The position numbers were made by a program, and so were the translations under genes. Shown here piece after piece: positions 1 to 7,700 of a stretch of 12,811 nt of DNA (position 1 is its first letter; each line of letters begins with the position of its first letter). A model generated the notes under the pieces. It was given only the letters and a program-made list of their open reading frames with translations. It ran no database searches and was not told the origin of the DNA. The DNA comes from a virus (lineage: Duplodnaviria; Heunggongvirae; Uroviricota; Caudoviricetes). The stretch lies in the IMG/VR virus record IMGVR_UViG_2609459798_000004. One strand, 5' to 3'.

Positions 1-2
1 CA

Positions 3-227
3 GGAAACACGACCCGCTTTATCAGTGGACACTTCCCTATACCATTCCCTAATCAGCCGATGGTTTCAGTCAGTGTTATGTCTGATGCCGTTCAGTCAGA
101 CCCGTCGAATCCTGCCCCGCAGGTTTTGTCTGTAAATTTTGAACATATCAGTAATTCAGCGTGGCGTGTGGCAACCAGTGATATCTCACAGCAATACAGA
201 TTCAGTTATATTTCGATAGGACGGTAG
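3..227 (+). CDS. Tail-fibre protein, C-terminal variable segment of the cassette currently in the plus orientation; 5' end lies outside the window
   Basis: Frame 3 is open from the window edge for 75 codons to TAG at 225-227 (not in the ORF track because it lacks a long Met-initiated stretch). It ends 2 bp before the ATG of the tail-fibre assembly gene, the usual fibre-then-chaperone arrangement. Position mirrors the minus-strand fibre cassette at 1244-1795. No family match recognised by eye, so identity rests on context. Confidence 0.45.
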   Translation, partial: GNTTRFISGHFPIPFPNQPMVSVSVMSDAVQSDPSNPAPQVLSVNFEHISNSAWRVATSDISQQYRFSYISIGR

Positions 228-229
228 AA

Positions 230-670
230 ATGCAGAAATATATTTTCAGTGCCGATAAAAATGCGTTTTTCCCTGTGGAGCTTAAAATCGCTTATCAGGA
301 ATCCGGCGAATGGCCCGGTGATGGAATCGAAATTGACGACACTGTTGCCGCCGAATTTATGAAGGAAGCACCAGAAGGAAAATACAGAGGTGTCATCGAC
401 GGAATGCCTGCATGGATTGATATTCCACCGCCAACTCATGAGGAACAAATTGCCGCAGCCGAACTGGAAAAGCAGCAATTGATTAATCAGGTCAACGAAT
501 ACATAAACAGAAAGCAATGGCCTGGTAAAGCGGCGATTGGTCGCCTGAAAGGTGGGGAACTGGCGCAATATAATTTGTGGCTGGATTATCTGGACGCACT
601 GGAACTGGTCGATACTTCCGGTGCGCCAGATATTGAATGGCCTACGCCTCCGGCAGTTCAGGCCAGATGA
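230..670 (+). CDS. Tail-fibre assembly protein (Tfa / P2 gpG-like chaperone)
   Basis: 146-aa ORF; AGGA-type SD upstream of ATG 230. C-terminus ...LWLDYLDALELVDTSGAPDIEWPTPP resembles the conserved C-terminal motif of Tfa-family chaperones as I recall it. Sits immediately downstream of the fibre C-terminal cassette. Confidence 0.8.
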   Translation: MQKYIFSADKNAFFPVELKIAYQESGEWPGDGIEIDDTVAAEFMKEAPEGKYRGVIDGMPAWIDIPPPTHEEQIAAAELEKQQLINQVNEYINRKQWPGKAAIGRLKGGELAQYNLWLDYLDALELVDTSGAPDIEWPTPPAVQAR

Positions 671-1244
671 CGTCTGGCGCTGTGCTGGTATCTGTTGCCG
701 TCACCGCGTCAATATAATCCAGCACAGCGTTAAGTCGGGTGTTTTCTGGCTGCGTCAGCTTCCGCCCGGCCTGTAATTTCAGCTGAATCAGACTGATGGA
801 AGCCATTGCAGCATCAATCAGCGACTGGCGCTGTGCTTCTGCCGCTTCTACTGCGGCGCTATGCTGTGCCTCGGTATCCGTCACCCATTTCTCACCATCC
901 CATTTATCGTATGGCGTTAACGGGGCGATAGTGGTTGTATTTTCAGGATAATCACCCGGAGCTGTGATTTCTTTCGATTCTCCTGTTTCGGTGCTATAGA
1001 TGATTTCACCGCGATGGTCTGGCACATATTCCCATGAGTTAAAATCTGCAGAACGGCAGATTGCATAACCAGCTTTATGTGTAACTGGTGCATCTAAACA
1101 AGAACATGCCGGGATACCGACGCCAACCGCAAGATATTCAGTTGATGTGGAAATATATTCCCGCGTTTCACCATCATAATTATAAATGGTAATGACTCCC
1201 GCTTTTATGGCAATGAGTTCGTTATTTAATACGGCTTTATTCAT
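642..1244 (-). CDS. Alternative tail-fibre assembly protein (Tfa') of the opposite-orientation cassette
   Basis: 200-aa ORF on the minus strand. C-terminus ...AVLDYIDAVTATDTSTAPDVIWPELPEA matches the Tfa-family motif. N-terminus MNKAVLNNELIAIKAGVITIYNYDGE... is, from memory, TfaE-like (e14 element). Its 3' end overlaps the plus-strand tfa by 29 bp (642-670), convergently. Confidence 0.8.
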   Translation of the reverse strand: MNKAVLNNELIAIKAGVITIYNYDGETREYISTSTEYLAVGVGIPACSCLDAPVTHKAGYAICRSADFNSWEYVPDHRGEIIYSTETGESKEITAPGDYPENTTTIAPLTPYDKWDGEKWVTDTEAQHSAAVEAAEAQRQSLIDAAMASISLIQLKLQAGRKLTQPENTRLNAVLDYIDAVTATDTSTAPDVIWPELPEA

Positions 1245-1795
1245 CAGGCAGCCCTCACGATATAATTAAAGGCAATGTTACGAGGACGGTTTTCGTTTGC
1301 AGTTGGAACAATTCTTGAAGCATCAAGGCCAATCACTTTTGGGTAAACAGCGCCATCTGTTCTTTCTGTCACCATACTTCTGATTAAGGAGAAATAACTA
1401 TTGTTCGTTGAGGGGTTCAAAGGCACTACTGCCCCCTTAAACGAGCCTACTGATTCCCATATTGAATAATTTTCGGTGTTTACAGTCTTGAACTCACCAT
1501 AGATATTACGTATGGCATCGCCCTGAGCGGATAATATTGCCCTCCCCGTATCCATACCACGTCCGTCATCCCAGCCACGAATAAACTCACCACGTAAATC
1601 AGGCAATTTATTTGTCGGGTAAGCCTTTGCCAGCTCCGGGTATTCTTCAGCAGAAAAAGCTGCTCCGTTGCATTTCAGCCAGCCTGTTGGCGGAGTGGCT
1701 GAAGGCCACGGAACAGGCACCCCAACAGGTAATGCAGAGCCTTCTCCCAAACCAACGTTTAAGAAAATGCAGAGGTAACAGCTAACTGGCATCAT
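1244..1795 (-). CDS. Alternative tail-fibre C-terminal variable cassette (Sv'-like); promoterless in this orientation, and the real reading frame enters at the crossover site near 1767
   Basis: 183-aa minus-strand ORF. Sequence ...GSALPVGVPVPWPSATPPTGWLKCNGAAFSAEEYPELAKAY... and C-terminus ...RNIAFNYIVRAA are typical of Mu S / P1 S / e14 StfE-type fibre tips as I recall them. Its stop (1244-1246) overlaps the start of Tfa' (ATGA). A hix-like crossover site lies within codons about 10-18, so the annotated Met is probably not the true N-terminus. Confidence 0.7.
   Translation of the reverse strand: MMPVSCYLCIFLNVGLGEGSALPVGVPVPWPSATPPTGWLKCNGAAFSAEEYPELAKAYPTNKLPDLRGEFIRGWDDGRGMDTGRAILSAQGDAIRNIYGEFKTVNTENYSIWESVGSFKGAVVPLNPSTNNSYFSLIRSMVTERTDGAVYPKVIGLDASRIVPTANENRPRNIAFNYIVRAA
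1742..1767. other. Candidate 26-bp recombination (crossover) site for the serine invertase (hix/gix/cix-like)
   Basis: TTCTCCCAAACCAACGTTTAAGAAAA: two imperfect 12-bp inverted half-sites (TTCTCCCAAACC / revcomp TTTTCTTAAACG) around a central AA dinucleotide. Compare hixL TTCTTGAAAACCAAGGTTTTTGATAA and gixL TTCCTGTAAACCGAGGTTTTGGATAA as recalled from memory. Located about 55 bp upstream of the invertase gene and inside the 5' end of the minus-strand fibre cassette, as in the Mu G and P1 C segments. Confidence 0.55.
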
Positions 1796-1822
1796 CTCCG
1801 GTTTTTATCCAGGGGGATGATC

Positions 1823-2389
1823 ATGCTTATTGGCTATGTACGCGTGTCAACAAATGACCAGAACACCGATTTGCAACGTAATGCACTGAACTGCGCGGGA
1901 TGTGAGCGGATTTTTGAGGACAAAATCAGTGGCACTAAGTCCGACAGACCGGGGCTGAAAAAACTACTCAGGACACTATCGGCAGGAGACACGCTGGTTG
2001 TCTGGAAGCTGGACAGGTTGGGGCGCAGTATGCGGCATCTTGTTACGCTGATAGAAGAGTTGCGCCAGCGTGGTGTGAATTTCAGAAGCCTGACTGACAG
2101 TATTGATACCAGTACCCCAATGGGCCGTTTCTTTTTTCATGTCATGGGTGCCCTGGCTGAAATGGAACGCGAACTGATAGTTGAACGTACCAGGGCGGGG
2201 CTGGCTGCAGCTCGTGATAAAGGCAGAGTAGGTGGACGCCGTCCTAAGTTGACCACCGAACAGTGGGCACAGATTGGACGCTTACTCGAGGCCGGAGAAT
2301 CAAGACAGCGTATTGCACTGATTTTTGATGTGGGTGTTTCCACAATTTATAGAAAATTTCCGGCAAATAAGAGTAATGAATCCCCCTGA
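1823..2389 (+). CDS. Serine site-specific DNA invertase (Pin/Gin/Hin/Cin family)
   Basis: N-terminus MLIGYVRVSTNDQNTDLQRNAL with the catalytic serine in VRVSTNDQ; conserved VVWKLDRLGRSM, GRFFFHVMGALAEMERELI and C-terminal HTH (GVSTIYRKF). The ORF track starts at ATG 1817, but AGGGGG at 1811-1816 gives good SD spacing only for ATG 1823, which also matches the family N-terminus. Confidence 0.9.
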   Translation: MLIGYVRVSTNDQNTDLQRNALNCAGCERIFEDKISGTKSDRPGLKKLLRTLSAGDTLVVWKLDRLGRSMRHLVTLIEELRQRGVNFRSLTDSIDTSTPMGRFFFHVMGALAEMERELIVERTRAGLAAARDKGRVGGRRPKLTTEQWAQIGRLLEAGESRQRIALIFDVGVSTIYRKFPANKSNESP

Positions 2390-2437
2390 ATCAGCATTAT
2401 TTTGATTATCCCTGCAAGCAGACAAATACCGTCATTT

Positions 2438-2455
2438 TGTGTGAATAACGGTACA
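2438..2455 (+). promoter_or_regulatory. Candidate Ogr-dependent late promoter element (TGT-N12-ACA dyad) upstream of FI
   Basis: TGTgtgaataacggtACA at 2438-2455, about 80 bp upstream of the FI start codon. P2 late promoters (PP, PO, PV, PF) carry a TGT-N12-ACA activator site centred near -55. No strong -10/-35 hexamers were identified by eye, so this is tentative. Confidence 0.3.
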
Positions 2456-2531
2456 ACTGCGCTTAGCTGTTTGTCAGGCACAATCACTTCAACATAGGGC
2501 GAAGCCTAATCCAATCAGGAGGTTCGCCACT

Positions 2532-3704
2532 ATGGCTCAGGATTACCACCACGGGGTGCGCGTTGTTGAAGTCAACGAAGGTACCCGATCCATTACCACG
2601 GTGAGCACCGCCATCGTGGGCATGGTCTGCACGGGCGATGATGCCGATGCAAAAATGTTTCCTCTTAATAAACCCGTGCTGATCACTGATGTGCTGACTG
2701 CCAGCGGTAAAGCGGGTGAGTCCGGCACGCTGGCCCGTTCGCTGGATGCCATCTCTGACCAGGCAAAACCCGTGACCGTTGTTGTGCGTGTGCCGCAGGG
2801 TGAAACGGAAGAAGAAACCACGACCAATATCATCGGCGCAGTGACTGCTGAAGGTAAAAAAACAGGCATGAAAGCCCTGTTATCTGCCCAGACACAGCTC
2901 GGCGTTAAACCGCGCATTCTCGGCGTGCCAGGTCACGATAACAAAGCCGTTGCGACTGAGTTGCTGAGTGTGGCGCAAAGCCTGCGTGGGTTTGCCTACC
3001 TGTCAGCGTATGGCTGCAAGACGGTACAGGAGGCGATCACTTACCGTGAAAACTTCAGCCAGCGCGAAGGAATGCTGATCTGGCCCGACTTTACTGGCTG
3101 GGACACGGTGCTGAATGCCGAAGCAACGGCATATGCCACCGCCCGTGCGCTTGGTCTGCGTGCCAAAATTGATGAGCAGACCGGGTGGCACAAAAGCCTG
3201 TCCAACGTGGGCGTGAACGGTGTCACCGGAATTTCTGCAGATGTGTTCTGGGATCTGCAGGACCCGGCAACCGATGCAGGTCTGCTGAACCAGAACGACG
3301 TCACCACGCTTGTGCGTAAAGACGGTTTCCGCTTCTGGGGTTCCCGCTGCCTGAGTGATGACCCGCTCTTTGCCTTCGAAAACTACACCCGCACGGCGCA
3401 GGTGCTGACGGACACAATGGCAGAAGCGCACATGTGGGCAGTGGACAAACCGCTGAACCCGTCGCTGGCGCGCGACATTATCGAGGGCATCCGCGCCAAA
3501 ATGCGCAGCCTGGTCAGTCAGGGGTATCTCATTGGTGGTGATTGCTGGCTGGACGAGTCGGTGAACGACAAAGACACTCTGAAAGCCGGAAAACTCACCA
3601 TCGACTACGACTACACGCCAGTGCCGCCACTTGAAAACCTGATGTTGCGTCAGCGCATCACCGATCAGTACCTGGTGAATTTCGCCAGCCAGGTCAGCGC
3701 GTAA
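2532..3704 (+). CDS. FI: Contractile tail sheath protein (P2 gpFI-like)
   Basis: 390-aa ORF with strong SD (AGGAGG) 6-7 nt upstream. Size and N-terminus ([39 protein letters not shown]...) match P2 FI sheath as recalled. Followed directly by the tube gene. Confidence 0.9.
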   Translation: MAQDYHHGVRVVEVNEGTRSITTVSTAIVGMVCTGDDADAKMFPLNKPVLITDVLTASGKAGESGTLARSLDAISDQAKPVTVVVRVPQGETEEETTTNIIGAVTAEGKKTGMKALLSAQTQLGVKPRILGVPGHDNKAVATELLSVAQSLRGFAYLSAYGCKTVQEAITYRENFSQREGMLIWPDFTGWDTVLNAEATAYATARALGLRAKIDEQTGWHKSLSNVGVNGVTGISADVFWDLQDPATDAGLLNQNDVTTLVRKDGFRFWGSRCLSDDPLFAFENYTRTAQVLTDTMAEAHMWAVDKPLNPSLARDIIEGIRAKMRSLVSQGYLIGGDCWLDESVNDKDTLKAGKLTIDYDYTPVPPLENLMLRQRITDQYLVNFASQVSA

Positions 3705-3713
3705 GGGGACAAC

Positions 3714-4229
3714 ATGGCTTTACCACGCAAATTAAAACACCTGAACCTGTTTAACGACGGGAACAACTGGCAGGGGATCGTTGAGTCGCTGACGCTGCCG
3801 AAATTCACCCGCAAATATGAGAAGTATCGCGGTGGCGGAATGCCGGGGGCAGTGGATGTGGATCTGGGGCTTGATGACAGTGCGCTGGACACAGAATTTA
3901 CCATTGGTGGTACTGAACTGCTGCTGTTTAAGCAGATGGGCAAAGCCACGGTGGATGGCATCCAGTTGCGCTTTACCGGCTCTATCCAGCGTGACGATAC
4001 CGGGGAAGTGCAGGCCGTGGAGCTTGTGGTGCGTGGACGTCACAAAGAAGTGGATTCCGGTGAGTGGAAGACGGGCGAAAGCAACACCACCAAAGTGACC
4101 AGTACCAACAGCTACGCGAAGCTGACCATCAATGGTGAGGTGCTCTATGAAGTGGACCTTATCAACATGGTGGAAATTGTGGACGGTGTGGACCTGATGG
4201 AAGCGCACCGCAACGCCCTCGGCCTCTGA
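3714..4229 (+). CDS. FII: Tail tube protein (P2 gpFII-like)
   Basis: 171-aa ORF 9 bp after FI, SD AAGGGGA. N-terminus MALPRKLKHLNLFNDGNNWQG... and size match the P2 FII tube protein as recalled. Confidence 0.9.
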   Translation: MALPRKLKHLNLFNDGNNWQGIVESLTLPKFTRKYEKYRGGGMPGAVDVDLGLDDSALDTEFTIGGTELLLFKQMGKATVDGIQLRFTGSIQRDDTGEVQAVELVVRGRHKEVDSGEWKTGESNTTKVTSTNSYAKLTINGEVLYEVDLINMVEIVDGVDLMEAHRNALGL

Positions 4230-4283
4230 TATATCTGAACGGCGCGGGATACCGCGCCAGAACCCAATTGACAGGACAGCAAA

Positions 4284-4586
4284 ATGAGCGATAAGCAGAC
4301 TGAAAAGACCATTCAACTGGATACCCCCATCAAGCGCGGTAAAACAGAAATCACCGAAATTGTGCTGCGTAAACCGCAGTCCGGTGCGCTGCGCGGTACA
4401 CGCCTGCAGGCCATTATGGATATGGATGTAAACGCGATGATGACCGTGATCCCCCGCATCTCCAGTCCGGCACTGACTGCACAGGAAATTGCAGAGATGG
4501 ACCCGGCAGATCTCACTGCCATGTCGGTTGAGGTTGTCACTTTTTTGTTGAAGAAGTCGGTGCTTGCCGGTTTACCGACAGCCTGA
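4284..4586 (+). CDS. E: Tail assembly chaperone gpE (zero-frame product)
   Basis: 100-aa ORF between tube and tape-measure genes, the position of P2 E. Contains a TTTTTTG slippery site near its 3' end. Confidence 0.8.
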   Translation: MSDKQTEKTIQLDTPIKRGKTEITEIVLRKPQSGALRGTRLQAIMDMDVNAMMTVIPRISSPALTAQEIAEMDPADLTAMSVEVVTFLLKKSVLAGLPTA

Positions 4587-4720
4587 CGGTTGACGATCTG
4601 GTGGCAGATATCGCCACCATTTTTCACTGGCCGCCATCCGTTACTGACGTTATGCCGCTGACCGAAGTGCTGGAATGGCGGTATAAAGCGATTCAGAGAA
4701 GCGGGGCCAACGATGAGTGA
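4284..4720 (+). CDS. Tail assembly chaperone gpE+E' produced by programmed -1 ribosomal frameshift
   Basis: After a -1 shift at T TTT TTG (4541-4547) the -1 frame stays open for about 58 codons (FFVEEVGACRFTDSLTVDDLVADIATIFHWPPSVTDVMPLTEVLEWRYKAIQRSGANDE) to TGA at 4718-4720, overlapping the T start codon (4713). Geometry matches the conserved P2 E/E' (lambda G/GT-like) frameshift. Confidence 0.6.
4541..4547 (+). other. Slippery heptamer TTTTTTG for the -1 frameshift in E
   Basis: T TTT TTG read in the E frame as ACT TTT TTG; the same heptamer is the P2 E/E' frameshift site as recalled. Confidence 0.6.
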
Positions 4721-7700
4721 TAACAACCTGCGTCTGCAGGTCATTCTTAATGCGGTTGACAAGCTCACCCGCCCATTTCGATCTGCGCAGGCCAGTTCAA
4801 GAGAACTGGCTGCTGCTGTCAAAAAATCCCGCGATGCAATAAAGCAGCTTGATCAGGCCGGGAGCAGTCTGGACAGCTTCCGAAAGCTGCAGGCAGAAAA
4901 TCAGAAATTAGGCGACAGGCTGAACTATGCCCGCCAGCGTGCAAATTTGCTCAGTCAGGAACTGGGAGCGATGGGGCCGCCTTCGCAACGTCAGGTTGTT
5001 GCTCTGGGCCGTCAACGGCTGGCTGTTCAGCGCCTGGAAGAACGCCAGAAAAAGCTGCAGCAGCAGACGGCGCTTGTGCGTGCTGAACTGTACCGGGCGG
5101 GAATTTCTGCGAAAGACGATGCGGGAGCAACTGCCCGTTTAGCCCGTGAAACATCACGTTATAACCAGGAACTTTCGAAACAGGAGGCGCGGCTGAAGCG
5201 ACTGGGGGAAGCTCAGCGCAGGATGAATGCAGCGCGTGCCAGTTATGCCCGTTCGCTGGAGGTGCGTGATCGTATTGCAGGTGCCGGAGCCACCACCACG
5301 GCTGCAGGGCTGGCAATGGGTGCGCCAGTGATGGCGGCAGTAAAAAGCTATACCAGCATGGAAGATGCCATGAAAGGTGTGGCAAAGCAGGTCAATGGTC
5401 TGCGTGACGATAATGGCAACCGCACTGCACGTTTTTATGAAATGCAGGATGCCATCAAGGCTGCCAGCGAACAGTTGCCGATGGAAAACGGTGCGGTGGA
5501 CTTCGCTGCACTGGTTGAAGGTGGTGCGCGCATGAACGTCGCAAACCCTGACGACAGCTGGGAAGATCAGAAACGTGACCTGCTGGCCTTCGCCAGTACG
5601 GCAGCAAAGGCGGCAACAGCCTTTGAGCTGCCAGCGGATGAACTGTCAGAAAGTCTGGGGAAAATCGCCCAGCTCTACAAAATCCCCACCCGCAATATTG
5701 AACAGCTCGGTGATGCGCTGAACTATCTGGATGATAACGCCATGTCGAAAGGGGCAGACATCATTGATGTGATGCAACGTCTGGGCGGTGTGGCTGACCG
5801 TCTGGATTATCGTAAAGCGGCGGCGCTGGGTTCCACCTTCCTGACACTGGGCGCTGCGCCAGAGGTTGCAGCCAGTGCAGCAAACGCGATGGTGCGTGAA
5901 TTGTCCATTGCCACCATGCAAAGCAAGAGTTTCTTTGAAGGGATGAATCTGCTGAAACTCAATCCTGAAGTGATTGAAAAGCAGATGACGAAGGATGCGA
6001 TGGGAACTATCCAGCGTGTGCTGGAGAAGGTGAACGCACTGCCGCAGGACAAGCGTCTGTCTGCCATGACCATGTTGTTTGGTAAAGAGTTTGGTGATGA
6101 CGCGGCGAAACTGGCAAACAACCTTCCGGAACTGCAGCGCCAGCTAAAACTGACAGCGGGCAATGATGCGCTCGGTTCCATGCAGAAAGAATCCGACATC
6201 AACAAGGACTCACTTTCTGCTCAGTGGTTGCTGGTTAAAACCGGAGCGCAGAATACCTTCAGCAGCCTGGGCGAAACGCTGCGCCAGCCGCTGATGGATA
6301 TTCTGTACACGGTGAAAAGCATTACGGGGGCGTTGCGCCGCTGGGTGGAAGCTAACCCGGAACTGACAGGCACACTGATGAAAGTAGCGGCTGTTGTGGC
6401 TGCGGTTACCGTAGGCCTCGGCACCTTAGCGGTGGCGCTGGCTGCAGTGCTGGGGCCGCTGGCAGTGATCCGTCTGGGATTCTCTGTGCTGGGTATCAAA
6501 ACGTTACCTTCCGTTACGGCAGCAGTAACTCGAACCAGCAGCGCGTTGTCCTGGCTGGCTGGAGCACCACTGGCACTGCTGCGACGCGGGCTTGCTTCAT
6601 CGGGCAACGCCGCAGGTTTACTTACTGCGCCGTTGTCGTCTTTGCGCCGCACGGCATCACTGACGGGAAATGTCCTGAAAACTGTAGCAGGTGCGCCGGT
6701 TGCACTGTTGCGGTCTGGATTATCCGGTTTACGTGCGGTTGCTGTGATGTTTATGAATCCATTGGCAGCACTACGCGGCGGGCTGGCTGCCGCAGGCACG
6801 GTGCTGCGAGTACTGGCATCTGGTCCACTAGCGATGTTGCACGTTGCCCTGTATGCCGTATCTGGTCTGTTAGGTGCTCTGCTTAGTCCGATAGGTCTTG
6901 TGGTTACTGCACTGGCGGGGGTGGCACTGGTTGTCTGGAAATACTGGCAACCCATCACCGCATTTCTCGGTGGCGTGGTGGAAGGATTCAAAGCGGCGGC
7001 AGGTCCCGTCAGTGCAGCGTTCGAACCGCTTAAGCCTGTGTTCCAGTGGATTGGCGACAAAGTGCAGGCGCTATGGGGCTGGTTTACTGATCTGCTGACG
7101 CCCGTTAAGTCGACCTCTGCCGAACTGCAGAGCGCAGCGGCAATGGGGCGACGATTCGGGGAGGCACTGGCGGAAGGGCTGAATATGGTTATGCATCCGC
7201 TGGACTCCCTGAAATCCGGCGTTTCCTGGTTGCTGGATAAACTCGGCATTGTCAGTAAAGAGGCTGCAAAGGCGAAACTGCCGGAAAGCGTGACGCGTCA
7301 GCAACCTGCGACGGTGAATGCAGACGGTAAAGTAATGATGCCATCGGGTGATTTTCCGTCATGGGGATATGGCTTTGCGGGGATGTATGACAGCGGCGGC
7401 TATATCCCGCGCGGGCAGTTTGGCATCGTCGGTGAAAACGGGCCGGAAATTGTTAACGGCCCGGCAAACGTGACCAGCCGGAGAAATACAGCTGCACTGG
7501 CTGCCGTTGTCGCCGGAATGATGGGTGTTGCTGCCGCGCCAGCAGAGCTTCCACCGTTGCATCCTTTGGCGCTTCCCGCAAAAGGCGGTGAAGCGATGGT
7601 GAGTCGTGCAGCTACTGTGCCGCCCATTTACCGGATTGAAGCACCGACGCAGATCATCATCCAGACACAGCCAGGACAAAGTGCGCAGGATATTGCGCGG

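Noticed and set aside
206-568. 120-aa minus-strand ORF overlapping the plus-strand tfa gene (also the 74-aa plus-strand ORF at 552-776)
   Set aside because: Fully antisense or overlapping to well-supported Tfa genes that carry the conserved C-terminal motif; no SD, and no recognisable family features.
2137-2343. 68-aa minus-strand ORF inside the invertase gene
   Set aside because: Antisense to a strongly conserved serine invertase; Ser/Ala/Pro-rich low-complexity translation.
2543-3431. Minus-strand ORFs of 124, 142 and 88 aa inside FI
   Set aside because: Embedded antisense in the sheath gene, whose identity is clear; such open antisense frames are expected in GC-rich coding DNA.
3732-4316. 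194-aa minus-strand ORF spanning FII (also 3665-3961 minus and 3817-4098 plus)
   Set aside because: Long, but entirely antisense to the tube gene, which has a good SD and sits in conserved operon position; no independent translation signals seen.
4313-4822. 169-aa minus-strand ORF antisense to E/E' and the start of T
   Set aside because: Overlaps the conserved frameshifted chaperone region on the opposite strand; low-complexity translation.
4927-7679. Multiple ORFs inside the tape-measure gene on both strands, including a 342-aa minus-strand ORF at 6221-7249
   Set aside because: The 342-aa frame is Ser/Ala/Thr/Pro-rich low complexity, the typical antisense signature of an Ala/Leu/Gly-rich GC-rich gene; T itself is a continuous 1025-aa frame with tape-measure hallmarks.
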